In this document: piece after piece, positions 21,451-33,567 of the stretch
Layout of the letters: every line of letters starts with the position of its first letter
Position numbering within the stretch: position 1 is the first letter of the stretch
NCBI GenBank assembly: GCA_000091205.1
Contig: AP006488.2
DNA length: 64,000 nt
Reading direction: 5' to 3' (one strand)
From: Cyanidioschyzon merolae
Taxonomy: Eukaryota
Program-made: the position numbers and the translations under genes
The notes under the pieces: model-generated
The model's input: the letters and a program-made list of their open reading frames with translations, nothing else
What the model was told of the DNA's origin: nothing
Databases searched by the model: none

Positions 21451-22142
21451 AGTACTCGTGAGGAAGCGCAACCTACAACCAAACGACAACGTTCTTCTCT
21501 CCTTCGATGCGAGTAGTCTAGCGCGGCACAGCGCCACCAAACCGATACGCCGCTCTGTACACCGAACACCTGCCTCCTGCAACAGAAAAGCCACCATGGA
21601 ACGATTCCTCGATGGGATGCGGTCGCTCGTGGGTAGGCGCGCTGCAATGGCACCCACGCGAATGCCTAGGCGACGTCGTAACCTGGGATGTCTAATATAT
21701 ACAAGATTGTACTGGATCGTGGAGCAAGTCATTCGCGCCAGCTGCTCATGTTTCCGGCTGAAGAGAGCCGGCGCACCAACGGGGCATCCCGCCGACTCGC
21801 CATCACTGGACGGAGCGCGCGCACCGAGCGCGCATGGGTGCGTTGGTGCTGCGGGCGGCCTCAGCGCACGGCAAGATCCATACTATACATTAATGAACGT
21901 GTTTGTACGAGATGGACAGGAACGGATCCGCAATGCGCACGCACGCGCAGTGGCGTGTCGCTGGCGCACGAGCGCGCCGACAGAGCAGGCAGCGTACCGC
22001 TGGCGCTCAGCGTGCTCCATAGCGTGGGTGCCCGCTGCAACATACCAGGAAAGAGTCTCGAATGTATGGGTAGCTGGATGTTCTAAGCAGAATTCACGCG
22101 AAAACTCGCGAAGCAGCGGTGGCGAAGAGCAAAGGTTGAACC

Positions 22143-23621
22143 ATGCACAAGCCGTCCTCTGAGCGAATTCCCAGCCAGTGGCAGAACAATGCGTACCCGA
22201 AGCCGCAAACTTCCTGGCAGGTGAGCAATGCCCCGCAAACTTTAGAGCATGATCTAGAAGCAGAGTCGCTTATTCATACTGCTGCAGCGGCAGCGGCAGC
22301 GGCCTCGGGTTGCGTGGCGCAAGTGCAAGACCTCGAGCGAAGGCTTGCGGCGGACGCCGGCCTGCGCCCCCTGGCCACGACACCTCTCCGCTACATTGAA
22401 TCTGCCTTGGATCTGGAGGCGTTTCTAAGTGACATTCTTGCGGACATCGAACCAACGACAGAGAACAGTGTCTCGGGTTCCGTCTCGGGAACCGGGTCGT
22501 CCGGACTCAGCCTCGACAAAACCTGCGCTTTCAAAAAGGCGGTCGCAATCGATCTCGAAGCACACTCGTACCGCAGTTATCAAGGTTTCGTTTGCCTCGT
22601 ACAGATCAGCTCTGTTGACTGTGATGCAGTTATCGATGCGCTGGCTCTGCGTTCCGCGCTCGCGGACCCGTCAGGCGCTTTCATTCGCCTGCTTCGACAC
22701 CCGCGTGTCGTGAAAGTGATGCACGGTGCGGACTCGGACGTTCTCTGGCTGCAGCGGGATTTTACGCCTGCGGCGCGCATCGTGAATCTTTTTGATACGG
22801 CTCGAGCAGCCCAACTGCTGGGCGAACCGAGCGTATCTTTGGCGCACCTCATCAGCTGCTACGCGCGCGATGAGGATCGAACCGCAGACCCCGCATCGCT
22901 CCGCAACGGATCCCGCGACGCCTTGGCCTCCGAGAAACGCGTATTTCAGGTAGCAGACTGGCGCATTCGGCCGTTACCATCGAGTATGCTCCATTATGCC
23001 AGACAGGATACGCACTATCTCCTGTACCTTTACCGAGTCCTGAGCACCAGGCTTGTTCAGGAGACTGACCCAAACTCGCCCGAGACGAACCGCCTGCAGC
23101 AGCTGTGGCTCAAGTCTGCGGATGTCGCGCTACGCCGCTACGCGTTGCAAGAGGTTGCTGCTGATGCGCATTTGAAAGTGGCCCGGCAGTACAAAGCGAT
23201 GTTGTCGGATACGATGCTTCCACTACTGAGAGACTTGATTCACTGGCGCGATCAAATCGCGCGAGAGGCAGACGAAAGTCCGCCATACGTGTTTCCGAAT
23301 CATTTTCTGATCGCTTTGGTGCGGGAGACTCCGCGTTCCCCGTTTCAACTTGACAAGTTGCTGCGCAGGCTTGGGCTTGCACGCGGCAGATGTCTGCTGT
23401 CCAGATCGACCAAGTGTGCGCGGCGGTTACTGGCACTGATCCGAGCGCGTCTTTCTGTGGCTCGCGCTCCGGGGCGCCGTCATGCGCTGCACAGCCAGCG
23501 ACCTGCCGTCGAGCGACTTGCCATCGAGGCGTCGGGGGTTCGACCGCCTTGGCGCCGTCCCGGCACGCAAGCGACGTCACATCAGAGACGACATGAGGAG
23601 GACGACCGACGCCCAACTTAA
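22143..23621 (+). CDS. Rrp6/EXOSC10-like DEDDy 3'-5' exonuclease (exosome-associated) with an HRDC-like region
   Basis: Exo motifs 'AIDLEAHSYRSYQGFVCLVQIS', 'KVMHGADSDVLWLQRDF' and 'HYARQDTHYLLYLYRVL'. Downstream 'HWRDQIAREADESPPYVFPNHFLIALV' resembles the Rrp6 HRDC-linker. Confidence 0.75.
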   Translation: MHKPSSERIPSQWQNNAYPKPQTSWQVSNAPQTLEHDLEAESLIHTAAAAAAAASGCVAQVQDLERRLAADAGLRPLATTPLRYIESALDLEAFLSDILADIEPTTENSVSGSVSGTGSSGLSLDKTCAFKKAVAIDLEAHSYRSYQGFVCLVQISSVDCDAVIDALALRSALADPSGAFIRLLRHPRVVKVMHGADSDVLWLQRDFTPAARIVNLFDTARAAQLLGEPSVSLAHLISCYARDEDRTADPASLRNGSRDALASEKRVFQVADWRIRPLPSSMLHYARQDTHYLLYLYRVLSTRLVQETDPNSPETNRLQQLWLKSADVALRRYALQEVAADAHLKVARQYKAMLSDTMLPLLRDLIHWRDQIAREADESPPYVFPNHFLIALVRETPRSPFQLDKLLRRLGLARGRCLLSRSTKCARRLLALIRARLSVARAPGRRHALHSQRPAVERLAIEASGVRPPWRRPGTQATSHQRRHEEDDRRPT

Positions 23622-24520
23622 GTGGAGCAGCGGCGCCACCGAGGGCGCACACCCGTTGGAAAGCCAGGAGCGTCTCAGAGAGGCGCTGTGCTCGATCGCA
23701 AGGGCGGTATTTTCTGACGTGCTCTTCTCGTTGACGTCTCGTTGTGTCTGGAATCGACAAGCAGCTGACCTTGTTATGAACACGAATGTACCGAAGCTTT
23801 TCATGGGTGTGTGCATGTGTCAGCGGAGCTACGATGTCCATGTGTGCGGTCGTCTTACGAATCACGCGCGCTTCGTATGCGGATATCGCGGTCCAGTACA
23901 AACGCTGCTTTGCCTGTAATGCAGCGAGCCCAGCGCTAAAGACGATACCTTCGATGATGATTCGGGATACAATGCCGGGCCCAGTGGACGAGTTCCAAAG
24001 GAAGCCGTTCGGTGACACATGGAATGCAGGTGCCGCAGGACCTGTGCACCTTGCACCTGCCTGGACGATGGACGCTTTCGCGTGTATCGACGGTACAATC
24101 TATGAACGCGTTCCTCGCAATGCGACGAGAGCTTTGAAGACCCGTTCGGGAAGAAATCTACGCCGGTCGCTTCGCAGACTCGATCCCAACGGCGCTGGGT
24201 ACTTGAATTCGGCGGAGTGCGTCTGGACGAATCCATGAAAGCCCATCAACAGCAGTGCGATGCCTCCAAGGATCGCACACCGGCCACGACGGACACTGGA
24301 CTGAAGTCGTCCAGAGGCACCCTTTTACCCCCGTTACGTAAACTCTTTATAGATAAGAAATGGCGGTGCGCAGCGCTGCGCTTGTCGCGGCCATACAACC
24401 TTCGAAAACGCTCCCAAGCGCTCGGTCCTGTCATGTTCTCCGCACGCACTGATTACAGCCCGTCTAGCCAGATACGACGTATGCGCTGCGCAAGTTGCTT
24501 GTTCGAAAGCATGCTGCGCT

Positions 24521-25225
24521 CTAGATCGATTCGATCTCTCGCTCGAGCTCTTCGATGATGGGTTCGTTCCGCACGAACCAGGACTTGAGGCCCTCGAATA
24601 ACTGAAAGCGTTTGGGTTTTGGCTTCTGCTTTGGCGTCTCGTCCGTGTCTTGGGCGACGACCTTTTGGAAAGAGACTTTGGGCGCTTGCTGGATTTTGCG
24701 TTCATGCTCTTTGATGCGCTGCTCTGCAGTCTTGATACCGTCCGTGTTGCGGAGCACGTCTGCGTACGCATCGGCATCGAGGGAGGCGATCTCCGCTTTG
24801 AGCGCATCGAGCTCTTTGCGCAGTGCGTCAGCGCTCATCGTTTCGATGTTTTTCGAGTTCGTGCTCCCGACTTGCTCTCTGTTCACTTCGGGAGTGGCCA
24901 TATCATGCGCGAACGAGCGCCACATCGAGAGCGAGTCATCCCTCTCTTTACTTTCAGCAATCTGCAGTTGCCGGTGCACAAGTAGGATGCGGAGCTTGAG
25001 TTGCTGCACACGAGCAGCCCTTTCCTCTGCTGACAAGGACGGGGTTTTCTTTGGGGTCTTCCCCTCGGTTTTCGGTTTGCGGGGTGCCGAACCTTGCGGT
25101 TCCGCCCCGGCGGCAGCGGCTCGCAGCGGGCTCCGGGCTCTAGCACCCGCGCGCCGACACGTGGCCACCCGCTGCACTGCCATACCCGTAGACTTGCGTT
25201 GGATCCCTGTAGCGCTCACAAACAT
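24521..25225 (-). CDS. Hypothetical coiled-coil protein (Lys/Glu-rich)
   Basis: 234-codon ORF with a true ATG and heptad-like charged helical sequence. No family assignment possible. Confidence 0.35.
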   Translation of the reverse strand: MFVSATGIQRKSTGMAVQRVATCRRAGARARSPLRAAAAGAEPQGSAPRKPKTEGKTPKKTPSLSAEERAARVQQLKLRILLVHRQLQIAESKERDDSLSMWRSFAHDMATPEVNREQVGSTNSKNIETMSADALRKELDALKAEIASLDADAYADVLRNTDGIKTAEQRIKEHERKIQQAPKVSFQKVVAQDTDETPKQKPKPKRFQLFEGLKSWFVRNEPIIEELEREIESI

Positions 25226-25534
25226 AGTTCTATACCCCGATTAATTTCTTTTCAAGCGAAGGTATTAAACAAGAAACAAAATGGTGCTAGCCGCAGTTGA
25301 ACGAAACGACGTTCGCAAAGCGACACAAGGCCAATGCTTGTGCGCACTTCTCCGAGTCCATTTTCAAACGGATATCTTCCGGATGCGTGCAAGGGAAACG
25401 CAATGCGCGGCACGCACGCATGCATGCATGCGGCGATCGCCGGACAGCAATCTGCTCAGATTGCCAACGCACGTGCGTGTCCGTTTGCCGCCAAACACTG
25501 GAATCGGCGCTGTTGCTGCGGGCATTCGCGACGC

Positions 25535-25558
25535 AGGCAGGCAGGCAGGCAGGCAGGC
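25535..25558. repeat. (GCAG)6 microsatellite
   Basis: gcaggcaggcaggcaggcaggcag. Confidence 0.8.
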
Positions 25559-28544
25559 TCGGTGCGCCGCCCGTGCCGCAACCAAGGTCATCTGGCAGAG
25601 GGCTGCTGCCGATGCGCGCTCGTTGAGGTCATCATCAGAAAGGCAGTGTTAGAGCAGCGCAATGCACGCAAGGGTCATGCCATTCCCTGCGATCTGATGA
25701 ACATGATTCTCGCGCATAGACGTTGGTAAAGTGAACGATTTTCGTCAACGTGCTGCTAGCTGCAGCGCGACGGCCTTGCACAGTCTACCTCGCTAGCTAC
25801 CTGTTGGCGTCTGATGTCGCGGTGCACGAGTAACGACACCTACAGGTGCGTATGGACGTCGAGCGCGACAAAGCGCATCTGAGAGTTCGCAGGCACTGTG
25901 CTGCACTGTGCTGTGCGCTATCATCGGTTCATCGTTTCGCCAGCGTCCGAGCATCGCCGCGCAGCTCGTCCGTGCTGACAGATGCGGGGAGGAGGAAAAG
26001 CGTGAGCTGCCGCCGCTAGTCCACGGTTTTCGCATACGCAATTTATATGTCATGTTCATGGACGTAGCCCTGGATACACACGTAGCCACTACACCGAGAG
26101 AACGACAGCTGCATGCGCCTTGAAGATGCGCTGCCGGGGCTGTCTCTCGCGAAGGTTTATGCTTGCCTGTGCTGTTTCGCTTGCGTCTATCCAAGAGTGC
26201 TGGTACCGGCTAGGTCGTTGCTTTGTCATACAAACTTGGTTGCGTGCAGCTATCGTAGAGGGCCAGGGGAGTCATCGGCCGCTTGAAACCCGCACCAGTG
26301 GCGCGGCACTGCAATATCTGGGGTGTCATGACCACAGGGACCTTGGCGGGCGCGCTACGTGCTACAAGGTCTGGTGAAGCCCGCAGCGGGCAATACATGC
26401 CCTTCGACTGCAAAAAGATGTGCAGCCAATGCCTCGATACCTGGCAACTATGCGTCACGCTCGATGTCTTGGGTACGTGTACCATTCCTGTACGCCTACG
26501 TCGTTCAGTGGGGACGCCTGTCCACTGTGTAGTGCTATTTGTTGCGCACTCGTTTCTGATGCTCTAAAAGACGTGCGACAAGATCGAGCTATTATGCATT
26601 GGTATTTGCTGACAGCGCGATTCAGTTTGAGAGGTGTTCTCCTACATACTTCAGGGGATTCTTGTCGAGCGCTGTAAGCAAACAGCTACCACCACACAGT
26701 TTTCAGGATTGATGCTCAACCATAGACCGGGTATGGCGAAAAGGCAGCGGTGCTCGTCCACATGGTATTTGTTGTCCTGTATCGGCATCTTTTGACATGG
26801 GCACTTGCCTGCGCTCGTTGCAATTCAGGGATTGCCTCCACATGATCATTTTTCGTCTGCCGAGAACACCTTTGCCATGGATACTCCACTGCAGTTTCTG
26901 CGGTTTGCGCAATGCAAATTTGGAGATGAGACTCGATGCAATCTACAGCCCTGTCAGATGAAAAAAGTCCGGGAACGGCTCGCTGTCCCGACACCATTGG
27001 ATTCGAACCGAGCTGGTGGATACGAACAACCTCGACGTTTCCAGCGCAGCAGCGACAGTCTGCGGATTCATACGTACCATGTGAATTCTCCGCCAGAATT
27101 AGGAGGTGGCTTGTTCAACTCTTCTTCGCCGCTGGGATTACTGATGCCGCTAGAGACATGATGGCTCGCGATGGAATCCAACAAAGGCTCGTAAAGTAGC
27201 CGATGTAATTTCCCATTGCATACGTGCAAGCATCTATGATTCTCCTTTCCCCAACGGGTAGCATGTCCGTATCACGCAATTTCCATGGCGTGAATCTTTC
27301 TGTATCCATGCAACTCATGAGTGCACCAACTGGCGACGTCGGATTGACGACGAAGAGCACTCGACAGTGTGAGCGGAGGACTTGTTCTCAACTCATGCAG
27401 AAGGTTAACTGAGTTTACTATGGCACATTATCAGTTCCGTTCAACTGAAAAATCCCCCTTTTTACAGTCATCAATGGAACGACATTCTTCACCATTACGG
27501 TACCCGACGTCGAGTATGATCGCTCAGAAGCTGCCGACTCTTGTGCTTGCTTCGATGAAGGTCATGGTCGCGGACTACGAACGTCGATGAGATCGCACCG
27601 AATGGAGCGTGCGTCACTGCTTGGCATCTACAAGGGAACTCGGGCAGAGTGGAATGTCCGACTCCATCTCCAGCCTTGGTTCTTGATCTGGTATTTTCTT
27701 CATCACGGACAAGAGCTCGTTCCAGAAATCCTCTGTAAAACGAGGATTGCGCGCTCGCACGTGCTGCTAGTGGAGCACTTACTGGGCGTACAGATCAGAT
27801 AGGGGCCCGTCACCGTTGCATACGGTTACGGACGCAGAACCGGAGTCGATGATCGATAATTGCCCTCTGCACGGATCAACGATACGTACGGAGCGTTGAA
27901 GCAGGCTTTCACACGCGACTGGGCAGCGGTCGAAGAAGAAGGAGCAATGGACATACGAGAATACCTCGCCTCAGTTGAATGACATTGCAAAGAATTTTGT
28001 ACCGAGGCCGCGTACCTAGAAGATGCAAATGGCAAGTAACGTAGAGATGGCTACTGCCGTCTGTGAACGGAAAGCACCACCAGCAGCCAGAGGCGGCGAA
28101 AGCATGTCTTGATACTACCACACACGTCCTGATGTTGCTGATAAAGAGGTTGGAGCGAGTGGAGAGATCGGCGACCTAGAATTCCGGGAACAGGAGCAAG
28201 ATGACAAGGTAGCAGTCACAGAGAAAGCCCATACGGATCGATATCGATGCCAGCGGGAAGAGAGCCAACCTTTGGTGTAAACGGCCGTGTTAGCTACATA
28301 GAACCCGTTCCATTTAACGCTAACATGAATGTCCAAGCCAACCGTGATCACATAGCCAGCGGCAGAGTACAGCGTATGTGCTGAAGTCGTTGTTGCGCGG
28401 AGCAGCATCTCGCACGTGGACACAGCGTGTACCTGAGCGCTTTCCGCACCGCATTCCCAAGCATGCCCGGCCAGTGATAACAAAGGCGCGCACTACGAAC
28501 GCTCGACGCGGACCGCAAAGTCCAGTGCTGTGCGTTCGAGTCCC

Positions 28545-28600
28545 TGGTAGCCGCCGCCGCCGCCGCCGCCGCAGCAGCAGCAGCATTGCGAATATGCAGC
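28545..28600. repeat. (GCC)7(GCA)5 compound microsatellite
   Basis: gccgccgccgccgccgccgccgcagcagcagcagca. Confidence 0.8.
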
Positions 28601-28617
28601 GTATCAATGCTCGTCTC

Positions 28618-30555
28618 CTAGGATTCGCCGGAATCGTCGCGTGACAACAACTCGGTCACAAGACGTTGCGTCAGGGCCGGATCCAGACGACCATCGCCGC
28701 GTTTCATCACCTGTCCGACAAAAAACCCTGCAAGCTTGGTTTTCCCTTGCCTGTACGCCTGCACATTTTCGGGATGTTCACGCATGACTTGTCGAATGAG
28801 ATCCGCAATTACGGATTCACTTCGGATCTGTGTCTTGCCTTGCTTTTCAACGAGGTCACGCACCGAACTGCAGGGCTCCTCCATGAGCTCTGGGAGGATT
28901 TCCTTGGCGATCTTCCCGCTAATCGTCCCGTCCTCAATCAGCAGAATGAGTTCTGCGAGCACGCTCGGCGTCAGTGCTGTCTCCTGGATAGAGCGCGCCT
29001 GCGGTTTCTGTTTGATCAGGGCGGCGATGTCGCCGGTGATCCAGTTTGCAGCCGCTTTCGCTCGATCGATCAGCATGCGAGGATCCAGACCCTCGACAGC
29101 AAGATGTCCGACGGTGTCCTCAAAAAAGAAAGCTGTCGCTGGTTCTGCAGTGAGCACTCCTGCATCATAAGGTGTAAGGCCTAATGCTGACGTATAACGC
29201 AAGCGTTTCTCTGCAGGTAGCTCTGGCAGACTCGCTTTCCAAGCATCAACCTGAGCTTGCTCTAGAAGAATCGGCGGAATGTCAGGTTCCGGAAAATAAC
29301 GGTAGTCAGATGCACCTTCCTTGATACGCAACACCTTCGTAGCCTGTTCACGCTCATCCCATAGACGCGTCTCCTGGCGAACCGTTCCATTGCCATCAAG
29401 CATGGCCGCTTGCCGAAGAATTTCGTAATCGACTGCTCGCTCGATTGCATTGAAGGAGTTCAGGTTTTTCAGCTCTACCTTGGTCCCGAGTGCATCATCC
29501 GACCTGACACCAGACAATCCACGAGGTCTAATCGAGACGTTCACGTCGACACGAAGCGAGCCGTCCTGCATATTGCAGTCGCTGATCGCTGCGTATCGTA
29601 GGACGCGCTGCAGCTCCTCGCCGAAGGCGGCCGCTTCAGCCCCGGACTCCATATCCGGCCCTGTAACGATCTCCAACAACGGAACGCCAGCTCGATTGTG
29701 ATCTATCAGAGAGTATTTTGCTTCGTGTGCCCCAGGGTCCTGACCCGGGATTTCATCTGGCTCCTCTTCTGCAGTTTGTGAATGGAACATTTTCGCCGAA
29801 TCCTCCTCCATATGTGCACGACGGATATGTACGCGCTTGCCCGAGGACGGCAGCTCCAGGTATCCGTTCTCGGCGATGGGCATATCGTACTGGCTTATTT
29901 GGTAGTTTTTCGGCGTGTCGGCGTAGAAGTAGTTTTTCCGATCGAACTTGGTCCTCAGCGCTATCCTGCAGTGCAGAGCCAGGCCGGCTTTGACAGCCAG
30001 TTCGACCACGTTCTGGTTCAGCGCCGGTAGCGTTCCAGGCTGGCCGGTGCATACAGGGCATATATGGGTGTTCGGCCCCGGCGCTTGTTCGCAACTGCAA
30101 CCACAGTACGCTTTCGTCCTTGTAGCGAGTTGAACGTGTACTTCGACACCAACGGTTGCAGCGTACCGTTCTAAAACGCGATCGATTGCCTCGGCGCCCT
30201 TACGTCGACGACCAGCTGCACCGGACTTTGGACGTTGCCCTGTGGCGCTGGCTAATAGGGAAGCGGCCGCACGCTCTGAATGAGGGCGTGCTGCTGCTGC
30301 TGCTGCCGGCCCGAGAACGTTCTCGTTCGGACACACCTTCAGCAGCGCTCGATATCCAACGAACGACCAGAGTGCCCGGCAAGGTTGCACAAATCCAGTG
30401 CGTCTATGGCGCGCTGCACTGATCCAGTCCATCTGAGAAGCGTTCGTCGTGCGGTGCTCAGTTTGCAACGCGAAGCCAGTGTACCGGAAGGCGTTGCGAA
30501 TGAATGGAGCGCATTGCGGTTGCGCATTGCACGCGGCACGCCTCGCGATACCCAT
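28618..30555 (-). CDS. gatB: Glutamyl/aspartyl-tRNA amidotransferase subunit B (GatB), organellar type with an N-terminal presequence of about 130 aa.
   Basis: 'ATVGVEVHVQLATRTKAYCGCS', 'NTHICPVCTGQPGTLPALN', 'RKNYFYADTPKNYQISQYDMPIA' and a C-terminal YqeY-like tail. True ATG at 30555. Confidence 0.85.
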   Translation of the reverse strand: MGIARRAACNAQPQCAPFIRNAFRYTGFALQTEHRTTNASQMDWISAARHRRTGFVQPCRALWSFVGYRALLKVCPNENVLGPAAAAAARPHSERAAASLLASATGQRPKSGAAGRRRKGAEAIDRVLERYAATVGVEVHVQLATRTKAYCGCSCEQAPGPNTHICPVCTGQPGTLPALNQNVVELAVKAGLALHCRIALRTKFDRKNYFYADTPKNYQISQYDMPIAENGYLELPSSGKRVHIRRAHMEEDSAKMFHSQTAEEEPDEIPGQDPGAHEAKYSLIDHNRAGVPLLEIVTGPDMESGAEAAAFGEELQRVLRYAAISDCNMQDGSLRVDVNVSIRPRGLSGVRSDDALGTKVELKNLNSFNAIERAVDYEILRQAAMLDGNGTVRQETRLWDEREQATKVLRIKEGASDYRYFPEPDIPPILLEQAQVDAWKASLPELPAEKRLRYTSALGLTPYDAGVLTAEPATAFFFEDTVGHLAVEGLDPRMLIDRAKAAANWITGDIAALIKQKPQARSIQETALTPSVLAELILLIEDGTISGKIAKEILPELMEEPCSSVRDLVEKQGKTQIRSESVIADLIRQVMREHPENVQAYRQGKTKLAGFFVGQVMKRGDGRLDPALTQRLVTELLSRDDSGES

Positions 30556-30632
30556 GAGGATGCAAACGGTAGGGGGAAGTGCTGGAACTTTTCCCTCAGT
30601 AGGGATGTTTATGACTTTTTGAATCGAAGTAT

Positions 30633-30985
30633 GGGAATGCTATGTGCAGTGCAAAGATCCGGGCTCATAGATTCGTAGATCGTTGAATGCTATGTGCAGT
30701 GCAAAGATCCGGGCTCATAGATTCGTAGATCGTTGAATGCTATGTGCAGTGCAAAGATCCGGGCTCATAGATTCGTAGATCGTTGAATGCTATGTGCAGT
30801 GCAAAGATCCGGGCTCATAGATTCGTAGATGGTTGAATGCTATGTGCAGTGCAAAGATCCGGGCTCATAGATTCGTAGATGGTTGAATGCTATGTGCAGT
30901 GCAAAGATCCGGGCTCATAGATTCTTAGATGGTTGAATGCTATGTGCAGTGCAAAGATCCGGGCTCATAGATTCTTAGATGGTTC
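30633..30985. repeat. 50-bp tandem repeat, 7 copies (tgaatgctatgtgcagtgcaaagatccgggctcatagattcgtagatcgt), with terminal variants. It lies 80-430 bp upstream of the GatB ATG.
   Basis: Direct reading shows near-identical units. The last three carry 'ggt' or 'ctta' variants. Confidence 0.9.
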
Positions 30986-33567
30986 AAGGATTTACGATTG
31001 TGTCTGCGGACAAGCGCTTTCGACGCGTTGCTGCTGGCAGCGTTGACCTGGTCGGCATCAACATGCTTGGCGACACCCTCGAACAAGCGCTGGTAAAACT
31101 TCCGAACGCATGATCCAAGTGAATGCGTACATGGCTTTGCGGCGCTCTGTTCCTTCGATATACGGTCCTGGAATCAGGTATTCTTCCAGTTTTCGATTAT
31201 TCCGTTTCACGAGGACTCGTGAGGTACAGGTATTCGCGACGCGGGATGGACGAGGAAACATATTCAGCATGGTCTTTTGAGCGCTATTTCACGAGCTTGT
31301 TCAGAAATCTTCTCGACATTCCCTTTTTGCATCAGCGATCCAGTTTGGGAGAATTTCGTGCGTCTCTCTGTGGTGATCGATGAAACCGCATTTCACATGA
31401 GCAGCTGGATATCTCTAAAAGGATACGAGCCCAGAGATTTCCGTGGCTTTTGATTGTGCGGAAACGGGTCCTGGGTACGGGCTTGAATCATCCCAGCGAT
31501 CATATTAAGTGACGCGTCCGATACGATTTGCATAAAGGACGCGGATACGGATGAACGAATTCCGACTTGCTTTCCAGTTCGACAGTTCTTTTCGAAAATT
31601 CTTCCATGATAGGTAGCATCTCGTTTTAAAATGCTGTATTGAAGCGAATAGCATGCGGCTTCGCGTGCCTTGCAGAGAGCACTTTTCGAAAGGCTAGCCC
31701 CGAACAAGCTGGTGTTCGAGGGGTACAGCCCCAGGCGCTGCTCCTGGAGATTTCATCAAGGCGCGTCTTCTGTGGCCGTCATGGGCATCAGCCAAACGAT
31801 GCAGCAAGCGTCCACGCGTCGTAGAGCATCCAATGGAGGTTAAGGATAGGTGAACACATCGGTATACCTGCATTCAGTCACGGGTTATCAATACGAGGCG
31901 TGCGCCGAACTTGTATACGTAGACGACGACATTGCCTGGGAAAACGCAGATCGCAACGAATGTCCTTTTCCCGTGATATGCATCGGCAATAGTTGAGAAT
32001 TCCTAAAATCGACACGTGAATCTTTGCACCAACAGCTTCCGACTGCTCGTTACAGACCGAGATGAGAACTGGAGACCGCTGTATCTAAATTATGAGGTAC
32101 GAGAGAAAAATGAAAAAGCTGAAGACAAAGAACGACATGGATGATTTTGATCACTGCAGGAAGATGCTCAAACATCACTGTATCCGTATGAGCCAAGATG
32201 CGCTGTTCCCATTTCATTCTGAAGTCGGTTTAGCATTGCGGAGAGCGCATGAGACACGCTCTATATGTGGATGATCGCTCGATCAAGAGCAGGGTCTTTT
32301 ATGAAAAACTTGCACCATCTTTGTGGAATACCTTTGCACGCGAATTGTGCAGAGCATTTTGTTTTGCGTTCATCGGTATGATTCCGCTCTTCCTCGATGG
32401 AACACCATTTCAGAATATTCAGATCCTGAGCGCATGTCCGGAGATTTTATTATATTCTTCTGCAGACCAGAAGCTGTTGTACTTCAAAGGCTTTCGGAGA
32501 GATTCCGAACCCTTCAAACGAGCACGGGACGGCGCCGACTGCCGTTCGTCTGCGAATACCCATGCAAAACGCAACCCGAGAAACGCGCCAACAACCTGCA
32601 CGCGACGGAACCGCAGTTCGACGCCGCAGCGAACTGCACCATCTCAAGGCAGTGCAGGCGAGCCCTGCTCTGAGCAAATCAAACCTGGAATCCCGAGCCG
32701 AAGCCCGCATTGGTATAGCAAAGCCGCTCTGTCTCCGGTTTGCATCCGCAGCGGCGCTATTGGTGCTACCGCAGACGCTCACGGCGGGCTCGTCGCACGA
32801 TAGCGTGTAAAACATAACCACTGCATCCGAGCCAAGTACATGGAGTCTAAATTGAATATAGGTGGAACAGTGGATGCTTTTCTAATCGCTGATATTCAGG
32901 GCCCAATCGGGGATGCCTGGTCCATGTAAACTGTCCGTCAAGCGAGGAATCCCACCGACAAGCCGCATAATAAGAGGCGACAATCGAGCTGCACTGCCAC
33001 TGAACGTACGAAAGTGCGCTAAAAACTCCAGTGCGCATGTCGTAGCCTTCAAAGCCGCTTGATGCGTCGATTCTGCGGGAATCCGCCGGGTCACCGCGCG
33101 CTTTCAGGACTCGGGACACGTATGACCCGTACCAGTCGATGGGTTGCTCATCAGCGCTCATCCACATCGGCCTAGAATAGACAAGTGTACCTTGACTACG
33201 CTCAGCACAACACGGCTTGCCTGAAAAAGTCAGAAGCGGCACTGGTCCTGGTACGTGCTCGCTGTGTGCTCTTGAGCGACCACCAGTCATGCAACTGCGC
33301 AAAGTATGCGTACGGAGCGCAGCGAATCCATTCAGCTTGTGCTGTAAACTAGATGCGTCCAGAGCTTCGCGCCACACGAAGCCTTTTCCGGGCCAAAACC
33401 AGCAACGATGCCATCTCGTGTTGCATGCGATAAACTGGGGCGTGCTGCTTCACAGCGCGTACAAATCGAGTTCGTGTATACGCCGGTCTACCTGCAAGCG
33501 AACAGCAGCTGACCAAGCACGCCCTACCCTGTGCCGTACGGGATTCGCATTATTCGCAGGCATTCGG

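Noticed and set aside
23110-24018. 302-codon ORF on the minus strand overlapping the 3' half of the Rrp6-like gene.
   Set aside because: It is antisense to a well-supported CDS. Its composition is a mirror of GC3-rich coding sequence, which keeps antisense frames open. No motifs. It is a typical artifact in GC-rich genomes.
26985-27030. A T-loop-like 'GGTTCGAATCC' (reverse complement of 'ggattcgaacc') suggesting a tRNA on the minus strand.
   Set aside because: The flanking bases cannot form a 5-bp T-stem or a 7-bp acceptor stem, so this is an isolated motif match. No tRNA could be confirmed by eye anywhere in the window; that should be re-checked with tRNAscan-SE.
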